From a virus, in the UHGV virus genome UHGV-0139780: a stretch of 49,330 bases of DNA. One strand, written 5' to 3'. Below, piece by piece: positions 28,061-37,090 of the stretch. Position 1 is the stretch's first letter. Each line of letters begins with the position of its first letter. The position numbers and the translations under genes were made by a program. The notes below the pieces were generated by a model. It was given only the letters and a program-made list of their open reading frames with translations. It made no database searches and had not been told where the DNA came from.

Positions 28061-28522
28061 ATGGCAGCAATTAAGAAACTCTACGATGCCGCAAACGCGG
28101 CTCTGAATGTTATTGATGATGAAGTATCAAAAGGCTTTCCTGAACCTGATTGGGCGCATCAGCTACGAAACGCTATCGCCGAAATGAATCCACCAGCTCC
28201 GACCACCGACGAGACAGACTGGCAGCGATTTATCCGTATGTACGCTCAGGAAATAGGTCCAACGCCAACGGCAGAGCAAGCAATGCTGCTGAAATACTTC
28301 AAAGAGGCGGGAGAGGATTTACCAATTGATGACTCAGCATATTGGTTCCACTGCGCATGGCGTAAATATGACGTGATATTCACACAAGGTATGGGAAGCA
28401 AAGATATGGTTGTGTGGCATCTACTCCATATAGAACAGCCGTTGACAGAGTTATTGAACAGTTTTTCCCTAAACAAGAAGATTGATCGCCTATTCATAAC
28501 TAACAAAATAAGTAAACACTAA
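28061..28522 (+). CDS. hypothetical protein
   Basis: 153-aa ORF preceded by the gaaaacaatttgtttaaa palindromic motif. Confidence 0.4.
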   Translation: MAAIKKLYDAANAALNVIDDEVSKGFPEPDWAHQLRNAIAEMNPPAPTTDETDWQRFIRMYAQEIGPTPTAEQAMLLKYFKEAGEDLPIDDSAYWFHCAWRKYDVIFTQGMGSKDMVVWHLLHIEQPLTELLNSFSLNKKIDRLFITNKISKH

Positions 28523-28540
28523 CCACAAAAGGAAAAACAC

Positions 28541-28816
28541 ATGAGAGTTTTAGTTCGAATCGTTACCAGCACTGTCTATGACGTGTTTCCGCTTTTTATG
28601 GTCAAAGCCGATGGCCTTAACGACGAAGAAACTGACGCGCTGATCCAGCGTATTCTCGTTGAATATACAGGTCATGACGCTGATTCAGTGATGGTTGATG
28701 ATGATGGTGTTTGTTGGCATAACGGCAACTGTTGGTACGTAGAAGAGACTCAACAAATCAGTGATGAAGATGCCGCACATCTTGAGCGTATTTTAAGCAT
28801 CAGCACTTTTGAGTGA
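28541..28816 (+). CDS. hypothetical acidic protein
   Basis: 91-aa ORF with conserved AAAGGAAAAACACATG start context. Confidence 0.4.
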   Translation: MRVLVRIVTSTVYDVFPLFMVKADGLNDEETDALIQRILVEYTGHDADSVMVDDDGVCWHNGNCWYVEETQQISDEDAAHLERILSISTFE

Positions 28817-29031
28817 GTTTACAGTAAAATTTATATAAGTTAGTATCTACCTATCATGAAGATTTTTATTGAATACTTGTTACTCATCGTGTCAATAGCT
28901 TTTGTCATCGACTGCATTTTCACTGGTGTCATTCGTAAAGTCTTTTCCCCGGTGAACGAAGTAGTCATAAACGCTTTGGCTATCGTGCTCGTATTTAATT
29001 CAGCATTTGATGTAATCAAAGAGGTGGCAGC

Positions 29032-29367
29032 ATGAAGGCCATCCCATTCGCTCTGTTGTTCCTTTCTTCGATCGTTGTGGCCGACGCCACTGTTTATCAG
29101 TGTGAAATGTCTGTAGCCGAAGTTAAGAATGGCGCTCTTACCGACGTCATAAAAGCACCATATGGCGCGATGGTCGTAGACAGCGGCGACCAGTTCTATG
29201 TTGTGCGTGACGATCGAGTATTGTCATCCCCATATCTCACAAACCGTAATGGCAAATTAACCGGCGTCGGAGAAGACCACTTCGTATACAACAAATACAA
29301 GGGCTTCTATGGCGTTCACGCTTCTCAGCAAAGCTACCTTTTCGATGACTGCAAGGAGGTTGGATAA
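29032..29367 (+). CDS. hypothetical secreted protein (signal peptide)
   Basis: N-terminal signal-like segment MKAIPFALLFLSSIVVADA; 111 aa. Confidence 0.4.
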   Translation: MKAIPFALLFLSSIVVADATVYQCEMSVAEVKNGALTDVIKAPYGAMVVDSGDQFYVVRDDRVLSSPYLTNRNGKLTGVGEDHFVYNKYKGFYGVHASQQSYLFDDCKEVG

Positions 29368-29579
29368 TGGCATTAACACTGGCAGGTCTGGAAATCGAGA
29401 AAACAAGCGGCTACTGGCGTGCTAAGGGCTTCAAGCAGCCTGGCATTCTTGAGCGTCTGGAACGTGAAGATGGGTATATCGTCCACCAGCGGCGTGAATG
29501 GCGTATGTACGATCCAGAAACAGGAAAACTGACTACAAAAGCCGGGACACTTTGGGGTCTGTTAAAGAAAATACACTAA
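29367..29579 (+). CDS. hypothetical small protein
   Basis: 70-aa ORF overlapping the previous stop (ATGA); hairpin follows at 29590-29610. Confidence 0.35.
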   Translation: MALTLAGLEIEKTSGYWRAKGFKQPGILERLEREDGYIVHQRREWRMYDPETGKLTTKAGTLWGLLKKIH

Positions 29580-29627
29580 ATGCAAACTGACTGCGGCTCG
29601 TTCCGCAGTCATATTTCATTGTCGTCA

Positions 29628-30159
29628 CCGCTGACAGCATACACAATCAATTACCGCTGATAGCATATCGAGAGTTTATCTCACCGCTCACAGCATACTT
29701 TACTCGATTTTTTACCGCTGACAGCATACTTAAGACATTGCATGAATAATGTGTACCGGTATGGGTATAACCAGAACAAAATTACCGCTGGCAGCATACG
29801 AAGGTCTGACATATACCATTAATTACCGCTGATAGCATATCCAAACAAAAATTCCTCAATAAAACACCGCTGACAGCATACGTTCTATCAGGGAGCAGCA
29901 GGCAATAAATGCCTTTCACTACAAGCAATCAGCGCAATGGCAATAGAATGTTAGTGAGCGCAAACCTATATGGAATGCACTCTTCGAGGTTAGTAACCAC
30001 TGGGTAGGTATGACAGAGCATTGAGTGGTGATAGATGTTTTACCGCTCACAGCATACGTTTATCTCACTATACCGCTAGTAGCATATCTCTAACCGTTCA
30101 CAGCATACTTTTCAGAAAAATAGCCGCTGATAGCATACATTTCACCGCTGACAGCATAT
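29628..30159 (+). repeat. iteron array (12 direct repeats, consensus CCGCTGACAGCATAC) downstream of repA; incA-like
   Basis: Copies start at 29628, 29654, 29684, 29715, 29785, 29826, 29867, 30043, 30073, 30094, 30124, 30145; same orientation; irregular spacing. Confidence 0.75.
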
Positions 30160-31253
30160 CAAAGCAGTTTGAGACTATTGGAAAGGATCTCAATCATCTT
30201 GATATTTTCAGGCGTCAAATTCTGCGAAAGTTCGGTTATCTTGTTGATAATGTTCTGTTTGGCATCAATTTCCCCAGCTTTCTCATCTGGTTTTTTGGGT
30301 TCGATGTCTTCAGGTTTTGGCGGTGCGACTTTGAGTTTTGGATTGCGGCTGTGAATCTGGATATAGATCGACCGCCCTCGCTTAATCTCGCTGTATTCGA
30401 GATAGCCCAAATCTTGAAGAACTTTTAAGCCGTTACGTATAGTCTGATTCTGCGAGCTGACATTCCTGCTACTCAAATTGAGTCGCGCACGCAATCGAGC
30501 AAGCGATACCGGCGCAGGCTTGGTTGGAAGACTTTCGATGAAGGTGTACAGAGCCTGTGCTGTTTCTTTGCGTGGTAGCTTATTGATAACCTTTAACTGC
30601 AAAAGAACCTTATGGTCAAAGCGATATAGTTCGGCCAGCTTCGGTTCTGCATAGAATACCACCGTATCTTTCTGCTCGTTGTAGTCCACGCTATTGATGA
30701 GGTGCACCATCAGAAGCGAGATCTTGTTAGAACCGTCGACATTCTTTTCTTCATACGTTCTCTGGAAAGACAGAGTGGTACGCATAATCTTCAAAAGACT
30801 GTTTGTAAGCCGGTCGCGGAGTGTTTTGCGGATCTGTGACGATGGATAGCCACAAAACTTCGCAAATTTCGTGATGCTTAACTCGACACGACCGTTAGGT
30901 TCGCCGTATTCTGCCAGCGAACGCACGACGCCCACCCACGTTTTGAAATCATGATCCATGTCGAGACGAGGACCGGTTATCTTGATATCGGAATAGCCTT
31001 CAGAACGGGCTACTTCGAGCTGAACAAGCTCCTTTGAAGCATCGATCTCATTTGGCTTGTTACGCTTGCTGTATTTTGTCCCCTTGAGCGTGGGCACGAA
31101 CAACCCCAGCCGCATCAACGCAATTGGTTGGACTGTATTGTTGCTATTAGGGACAAGTTCCCCTGTGTACAATTCAAGGGAACCTTCTTCAAAGTTGTCG
31201 AGATTATCTTCTACTTCTTTGTTATTTTTACCTTTTTTATTTTTTGTGGACAT
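30159..31253 (-). CDS. repA: iteron-binding replication initiator (RepA-like)
   Basis: Large basic ORF flanked on both sides by iterons; start set to the internal ATG at 31253 (MSTKNKK...) because the track extension overlaps the upstream iterons. Confidence 0.6.
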   Translation of the reverse strand: MSTKNKKGKNNKEVEDNLDNFEEGSLELYTGELVPNSNNTVQPIALMRLGLFVPTLKGTKYSKRNKPNEIDASKELVQLEVARSEGYSDIKITGPRLDMDHDFKTWVGVVRSLAEYGEPNGRVELSITKFAKFCGYPSSQIRKTLRDRLTNSLLKIMRTTLSFQRTYEEKNVDGSNKISLLMVHLINSVDYNEQKDTVVFYAEPKLAELYRFDHKVLLQLKVINKLPRKETAQALYTFIESLPTKPAPVSLARLRARLNLSSRNVSSQNQTIRNGLKVLQDLGYLEYSEIKRGRSIYIQIHSRNPKLKVAPPKPEDIEPKKPDEKAGEIDAKQNIINKITELSQNLTPENIKMIEILSNSLKLL

Positions 31254-31274
31254 GTGGACACCTTTGTCATTCAA

Positions 31275-31375
31275 CCGCTGACAGCATACTTGATTTGCCG
31301 CTGGCAGCATACCAAAAACAGTTGGCAGCATACGGCGAACCGTTGACAGACTATCAATTACCGCTGGCAGCATAC
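31275..31375 (+). repeat. iteron cluster upstream of repA (3 full and 2 partial copies); incC/origin-like
   Basis: ccgctgacagcatac at 31275, ccgctggcagcatac at 31298 and 31361; partial copies at 31322 and 31339. Confidence 0.7.
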
Positions 31376-31414
31376 ATGAACATGACTTCAGACCAGTCGT
31401 GGCGCGGCTTACAG

Positions 31415-31493
31415 CGATCGGGGATCTTATTTGATCTATACAAGGATCTATCTATGGATCTCTTTATTAGGATCTATCCTGTGGATATGTGAA
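31415..31493. promoter_or_regulatory. candidate replication origin core: six GATC sites in an AT-rich stretch plus a DnaA-box-like 9-mer
   Basis: GATC at 31415, 31425, 31435, 31447, 31459, 31473; tgtggatat at 31481-31489 matches the complement of the DnaA box TTATCCACA at 8 of 9. Confidence 0.45.
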
Positions 31494-31574
31494 TAATTAA
31501 AACAGGCATTTACTACCTTCGGCGCACCTGGTGGGTTATCGTTGCCTCGGCTAACAATCACAGAAAAATGACAT

Positions 31575-32219
31575 ATGGATCTAAAACGCACGCGCTGGGT
31601 TCGTCGTCTTGAAGACGGCTCCTACACTATCGAATCAAATTCCAACCTGAATAAGCAGAAGCTGCTTTGTGACATCTGCGGTATAGCGGCGAAGTGCCCG
31701 ATCTACGAAACCAGAATTAAACTTGATAAGGCTGGTGTGAACTTTCATTTAAACAGTTGCATCAGGTACGTTCCATTGCTCGCATTTCGTAAACCGATCA
31801 TCGGATTGGATGCCCCCTACTTCAACACACTTCGTTCAGGTGTGACGTGGCGAGATCGTTTATCACCAGACAAGCTGATTTGCCTTGTATCCGCAGACAC
31901 AGGGAAAATCATCCGTTTTGGGAAAGTAGACAAGGTTTACTCAGGTCCAGTAGACGAAATGTTGCGAAAACACAGCCGGTTTAATCATCTCTGTATGGGT
32001 GGAGAGAAAATCGAGAAGGTAGAAGAAGTGATCCGTAAATCCTACGGACACTTCCTAACCAAAGATAGCCTGCTCACCGCAATCTACATCAGACATGTAA
32101 AACGTGAGTTCGACCTCGAATACCACAGTGAAGAAGAGCTTAACCTTGTTGACCCACGTCCAAAAGCTGGCGTCATAAGCATAAACGCAGCGCGTAAAAA
32201 GCCCACTGACGCGCTGTAA
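31575..32219 (+). CDS. hypothetical protein
   Basis: 214-aa ORF, Cys-containing; no motif recognised. Confidence 0.4.
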   Translation: MDLKRTRWVRRLEDGSYTIESNSNLNKQKLLCDICGIAAKCPIYETRIKLDKAGVNFHLNSCIRYVPLLAFRKPIIGLDAPYFNTLRSGVTWRDRLSPDKLICLVSADTGKIIRFGKVDKVYSGPVDEMLRKHSRFNHLCMGGEKIEKVEEVIRKSYGHFLTKDSLLTAIYIRHVKREFDLEYHSEEELNLVDPRPKAGVISINAARKKPTDAL

Positions 32220-32473
32220 CCTTCCAGATCGTATATTGGCGTAGATAGAATCTACGCCTCCTCAAAATAGCTCTCATAGCGTTCTACAGTGATCCTGTCT
32301 TATTTTTAATCATACAGACAAGCAAAGTTGCGCCACAGCAAATAGGTATATACTTACTTATAAATTTTGTATATTAAGACGCTCGTTTCATTCCTAACAT
32401 ACCGTTATGCATAGTTGTTTACCTTCTTATTGCTCTTAAAATTTGTATCAAAATAACCACAAAGGAAAAATAC

Positions 32474-33559
32474 ATGACTTTGCCATACGGCGTCATTTCT
32501 GACTGCCACTACCACAAATGGGATGCGTTCTCCACGACGAACGCTGAGGGGCTTAACTCCAGACTTGAAATACAGTTGGAAGCAACGAAAGAAGCAGCCA
32601 TCGCCATGAAGAAGGCCGGTTGTAAGTACATGTTGGTTGCCGGTGATACATTTCACGTCCGAGGAACTGTGTCCCCTTCTGTTTTGCATTACGTAACTGA
32701 AACGTACAAGTGGATTATCAACGAGCTTGATCTGACAGTAGTAATGCTGGCCGGTAATCACGATCTTGAAACCAACGATTCAGTATATAGCGCCAACGCA
32801 GCAGCATCGCTGAGTTCTATCGGCGTGATAATCGTATGTGGCAAGCGCCCACACTCAATAAAAATTGGTGATGTCACTGTCCACCTGATTAGCTGGCGTA
32901 ACAATCATGCGGAGCTTATCAGCGATCTGAAAGCATTACGTAAGAGCGTAGAAGGTGATAATCATGACGTTGTTATCCATACATCCATTAACAAAGCTAT
33001 TCCAACAATGCCTGACGTCGGTATCGATGCGCAGGAGTTAAAGGATATCGGCTTTCGTCTCGTGCTTAGTGGGCATTACCACAATCACAAAGAGGTCATT
33101 CCTGGAGTTATCAGTGTCGGTGCACTGACCCATCAAAATTGGGGAGATGTTGGATCTCTAGCTGGTTACATGATCGTAAACCCGGACGGCAGTTTCAGTC
33201 ACTACGAAACCAGTGCGCCTAAATTCATTAACCTGGAAGATTATGTTGCAGATGACCAAATTCGCGGCAACTACGTGCGTTTCCGCGCCGTAATCGAGAA
33301 CGACGAAGAAGGCATTAAGTACCAGAACATCCTCAAAACAATGGGTGCAAAAGGTGTTGTGTGCAACTTCATCCGTAAGTCATCAATGATGGAAGGGACA
33401 GCAAGCACAACGGAAACCAGCAAAATCGATAGCCTGGGAGAGTCGGTATCTGCTTATTGCAAGATTGTCCACGATACTGACGGCGGATTTGATCTGAGCA
33501 AGTTGGATATTTTGTGTCAGGAAATCCTCACCGAAGCGGAGAGTTCGGAGGCTGTGTGA
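32474..33559 (+). CDS. SbcD/Mre11-like nuclease (calcineurin-like phosphoesterase)
   Basis: Metallophosphoesterase motifs DCHYH, GDTFH, GNHD; upstream of a Rad50-like gene. Confidence 0.75.
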   Translation: MTLPYGVISDCHYHKWDAFSTTNAEGLNSRLEIQLEATKEAAIAMKKAGCKYMLVAGDTFHVRGTVSPSVLHYVTETYKWIINELDLTVVMLAGNHDLETNDSVYSANAAASLSSIGVIIVCGKRPHSIKIGDVTVHLISWRNNHAELISDLKALRKSVEGDNHDVVIHTSINKAIPTMPDVGIDAQELKDIGFRLVLSGHYHNHKEVIPGVISVGALTHQNWGDVGSLAGYMIVNPDGSFSHYETSAPKFINLEDYVADDQIRGNYVRFRAVIENDEEGIKYQNILKTMGAKGVVCNFIRKSSMMEGTASTTETSKIDSLGESVSAYCKIVHDTDGGFDLSKLDILCQEILTEAESSEAV

Positions 33560-33600
33560 GGCAAAGTCGTTATGGGAGCTTTTGAGACTTTGCCATCACG

Positions 33601-33792
33601 ATGAAAAGACTTGAACGAGGCCAGACGGTGATGTTTCACAAGCCCTACCCGCCACAAGGAAATCCCGTAGCGTTTTATCTTGGAAGGTTAACCAGAAAAG
33701 GCGTATTGAGGCGCAGATCCTTCCCGGCGCATACGGAGTTCAGATTGAAAGAAGGTCAAAAGCTAACACACGGTATCAAAGGTGTTATATGA
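33601..33792 (+). CDS. hypothetical small protein
   Basis: 63-aa ORF between the SbcD-like and SbcC-like genes, overlapping the SbcC start. Confidence 0.25.
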   Translation: MKRLERGQTVMFHKPYPPQGNPVAFYLGRLTRKGVLRRRSFPAHTEFRLKEGQKLTHGIKGVI

Positions 33793-35705
33793 AGTTTTTA
33801 AAACTCCAGGTTGAGAATTTTATGGCTATCGCCAGCGCGGAGGTCGAGTTAGATCAGCGTGGTTTAGTGCTAATTCAGGGCGTTAATAGTGACGATAGTT
33901 CCGCATCAAGCAATGGCTCTGGAAAGTCAACGCTAATGAATAGCCTGATGTGGTGTCTTTATGGCGAAACAGCTCATGGTGTGAAGGGTGACGATGTGTT
34001 GTCTACCGACCATGAAAAGAACTGTCGTGTTGCAGTAACCATCGAGGATGAAGGCAAGAGATATGCGATCATTCGTCACCGTAAACACAAAGAGTTCAAA
34101 AATCGTCTTATCGTTCGTGGTGAAGATGGCGATATGACGAAAGGCAAAGATGCGCTGACGCAAGAGTTCGTCGAGCGTCTGATCGGTGCATCTAAAGAGG
34201 TTTTCATGGCTTCTATCTATGCGAGCCAAGAAGCTATGCCAGATCTACCTGGAATGTCCGACAAAAACCTTAAAACCATCGTAGAAGAAGCCGCTGGCGT
34301 TGACAGACTGACACGCGCCTACGCTATTGCTCGTGAACGAGCTAACGCAGCTGCCGCACGTACGGACGTGGTTAAAACCAAATTGGAGTCAACAATCTCG
34401 ACCATTGAGGCAACACAGTCAGAAATTGAGTCCGCGAAAGCCTCCTCTGAATCATGGGAACAAGAGCGTTCTAAACGTTATGACGATGCCCTGGCTGGGC
34501 TGGCAAGTGCCGAAGTTGAGTTAACGGAAGTTGAACTTGAGATCCGCACTCTTCCCGAACAGATCCGTGATACCGAGAAGGCAATCGAAAGTGAGCGCAA
34601 AAAGTTAGCCTCAAAAGAAGAACATGATGCCAAGTTGCTCAAAGTGCGTGGTGCGATAACTGATATTCGGGCAAGCATCAAAGCTACAGAAAATAGTCAG
34701 GCTGATGCAATGAGCCGCGCGCGCAATTTTAAGACCAAAGCAGAAGAGGTTGGTACTAAAGTAGGATCACCATGCCCTACTTGTGGCAAAGCCTACTGCG
34801 AAGAAGATCTATCAACGGTGAAGGAGAATTTCATTGAACAAGCACGTCAGGAAATTGGTCAGGCGAAGACACTTGCAGAGGCAATGGCTAAACACAAAAC
34901 GAATCTTGAGAAGGCGTTAAGCATTGAGTCTGCCCTTGTTAAAACGACACCTGATGTAACGGCTATCATTGCCCGGATTGAAGAACTTACTAAACAACTC
35001 TCATCTTTGCGTCATCGTGAGAAGGAGGTTGTTGCTATTGAGTCTCTTGTTACTCGTGCTCGTACTGAGGTCGATCGTATATCAAAAGAGATTAATCCGT
35101 TTATTGCTCTTATCGCCAGACACGAAGATAACCTGGTATCCAGTAAGTCTACCTTCAAGTCCTTAAAAGATGAGTTGAAGGCTATTCAGGAACAAACGTT
35201 GCTATTGGAAAAAGCTCGTCAGGTCTACTCTCCTGCCGGGGTGCGTTCTCATATTTTGACGTCTGTTACGCCTTTCCTGAATACACGCACAGCCGAGTAT
35301 CTCAATACGTTGTCTGACGGGAATATTACTGCTGAGTGGTCGACGATGGATGTCACTAAAAAAGGTGAGTATCGCGACAAATTCAACATTAGTGTGCAGA
35401 AGAAAGGTTCAAGTAAGTCGTTCCAGACCCTCTCTGGTGGTGAGAAGCGGAAGGTTCGCATTGCGTGTTCTTTGGCATTGCAGGATCTGGTTAGTAACCG
35501 GGCGAGTAAAAACATCGATTTGTTTATCGGCGACGAAATTGACGATGCACTCGATACAGCCGGTCTTGAACGCCTCATGGGTATTCTGGAGTCCAAAGCT
35601 CGCGAGCGAGGTACTGTGCTGATTATCTCCCATAAAGAGATGAAGTCATGGTTCCGGGAAACTATTACGCTGGAAGTTAAAGAGGGGCGCAGCTATGTCG
35701 TTTAA
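33789..35705 (+). CDS. SbcC/Rad50-like ATPase
   Basis: Walker A NGSGKST, long coiled-coil with CPTCG zinc hook, signature LSGGEKR, Walker B DEIDDALD. Confidence 0.75.
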   Translation: MKFLKLQVENFMAIASAEVELDQRGLVLIQGVNSDDSSASSNGSGKSTLMNSLMWCLYGETAHGVKGDDVLSTDHEKNCRVAVTIEDEGKRYAIIRHRKHKEFKNRLIVRGEDGDMTKGKDALTQEFVERLIGASKEVFMASIYASQEAMPDLPGMSDKNLKTIVEEAAGVDRLTRAYAIARERANAAAARTDVVKTKLESTISTIEATQSEIESAKASSESWEQERSKRYDDALAGLASAEVELTEVELEIRTLPEQIRDTEKAIESERKKLASKEEHDAKLLKVRGAITDIRASIKATENSQADAMSRARNFKTKAEEVGTKVGSPCPTCGKAYCEEDLSTVKENFIEQARQEIGQAKTLAEAMAKHKTNLEKALSIESALVKTTPDVTAIIARIEELTKQLSSLRHREKEVVAIESLVTRARTEVDRISKEINPFIALIARHEDNLVSSKSTFKSLKDELKAIQEQTLLLEKARQVYSPAGVRSHILTSVTPFLNTRTAEYLNTLSDGNITAEWSTMDVTKKGEYRDKFNISVQKKGSSKSFQTLSGGEKRKVRIACSLALQDLVSNRASKNIDLFIGDEIDDALDTAGLERLMGILESKARERGTVLIISHKEMKSWFRETITLEVKEGRSYVV

Positions 35706-36438
35706 ATTAAGCCGCTCGCAGTTTTTGCAGGTGTTTGCAGTGATGCAGTCGATAAAACTGATCAATGGGCATACTTCCAATAGTGCGGCTCCACGTATTC
35801 TGTGGGGCAGCAATAATATTGACAAAGCACAATTCGCCCCGTTGCTTGGTCTAATATCCGAGACACCATTGATGCAAAGTTTGGAATCACTGCCGTCTGG
35901 ATGTATTGCGCCGATCTTGATTAATCCTTTTGTTGAGGGGGGATATCTTCCCAACGTCGGACCTGGGTTTATCGCAACCCATGAAACTGAAGATCTTAAC
36001 ATTAATAGCGAAGGGTTCTTTGGGGCAATGGATGCGCATCTCTGTATGGCTTTCACGAATCTTATTCGACTTGCCAATAAGCGGGCGGATAGTTTGGCAT
36101 CGCCAGGTGATGCTTTTACTGGTTTCCTTATCCAAAGGAGGGATAAAAAGTACAGTGCGGACAAACTACAGTTTGTTGGTAAGTATGGAGAAATGGTAGA
36201 AATCGAACTTCAGCTCCCTCATGTTTTAGCAAACGATAGTGCAGACAGTCGGAGGCTGTTGGGCATCATGCGTCATTTCATAGCAAGTGGCGTTAAAGAT
36301 GCCGCAGATAAACTTGTCACGCAGGAAAATGAGTATTCAGACTTTGCAAACTATCCCCAACCAACGTTGCAAACGGCAATAGTAGCCAATTCGTTGGAGG
36401 CGAGATTATTGGAAAACCCTATATGGGGAACATGGTAA
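35695..36438 (+). CDS. hypothetical protein
   Basis: 247-aa ORF overlapping the SbcC stop. Confidence 0.4.
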   Translation: MSFKLSRSQFLQVFAVMQSIKLINGHTSNSAAPRILWGSNNIDKAQFAPLLGLISETPLMQSLESLPSGCIAPILINPFVEGGYLPNVGPGFIATHETEDLNINSEGFFGAMDAHLCMAFTNLIRLANKRADSLASPGDAFTGFLIQRRDKKYSADKLQFVGKYGEMVEIELQLPHVLANDSADSRRLLGIMRHFIASGVKDAADKLVTQENEYSDFANYPQPTLQTAIVANSLEARLLENPIWGTW

Positions 36439-36447
36439 GGAGACTAT

Positions 36448-37017
36448 ATGAGTAAAAAAATCAGCGTAGTTGGTGTTGATCCCTCAATGAGCAACTTTGG
36501 GCTTGCTGTGGGCACTTTAGACCTTGAAACGGACGAACTTGAGATTCACGGCCTTACTCTTGTTGAGACTAAAGCGGGGAATAACAAAAAGACAGTTCGT
36601 GTGAACAGTGACGATCTTCGCCGCGCCAGTGAAATATGGCGTGTTGCAAAGCCAATCATTGATAAGGCAAATATGGTTTTTTGTGAGCTACCGGTTGGGA
36701 GCCAAAACTCTCGTTCGCAGACGTCTTACGGTATTTGCATCGGTGTACTTGCGTGTGTGGATAAGCCATTGATCCAGGTTACTCCAAACGAAATTAAACA
36801 TTTTGTCGGCAATAAACTTACAACATCGAAAGAAGAGATTATCCAGTGGGCTACGAAAAAACACCCTAAAGCACCGTGGCTGCGTCGTAAGCAATCTGGA
36901 CAGGATGTTCTCGTGAACAAAAACGAACATTTGGCTGATGCGGTGGCTGCCATCCATACCGGTATGCAAACAGATCAGTTCCGCCAGGTGTGCGATGTTC
37001 TCAAGTCTCTCATTTGA
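36448..37017 (+). CDS. RuvC-like Holliday junction resolvase
   Basis: N-terminal VVGVDPSMSNFG resembling the RuvC catalytic-Asp block; size typical of phage RuvC-like resolvases. Confidence 0.5.
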   Translation: MSKKISVVGVDPSMSNFGLAVGTLDLETDELEIHGLTLVETKAGNNKKTVRVNSDDLRRASEIWRVAKPIIDKANMVFCELPVGSQNSRSQTSYGICIGVLACVDKPLIQVTPNEIKHFVGNKLTTSKEEIIQWATKKHPKAPWLRRKQSGQDVLVNKNEHLADAVAAIHTGMQTDQFRQVCDVLKSLI

Positions 37018-37090
37018 CCTCATTGATAGGTAGGCACTTATCTATTAACATGGGCCACTATATTTAGTGGCCCTCTTTATTTGGTGATAC

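Noticed and set aside
29628-30159. Direct-repeat array that could be mistaken for a CRISPR array
   Set aside because: Repeats are only about 15 bp, spacing is irregular (23-70 bp), there are no cas genes, and copies flank a rep gene on both sides; this is the iteron pattern.
31254-31373. N-terminal 40 codons of the track ORF for RepA (30159..31373)
   Set aside because: The extension overlaps the upstream iterons and has no RBS; the internal ATG at 31253 (MSTKNKK) is the likelier start.
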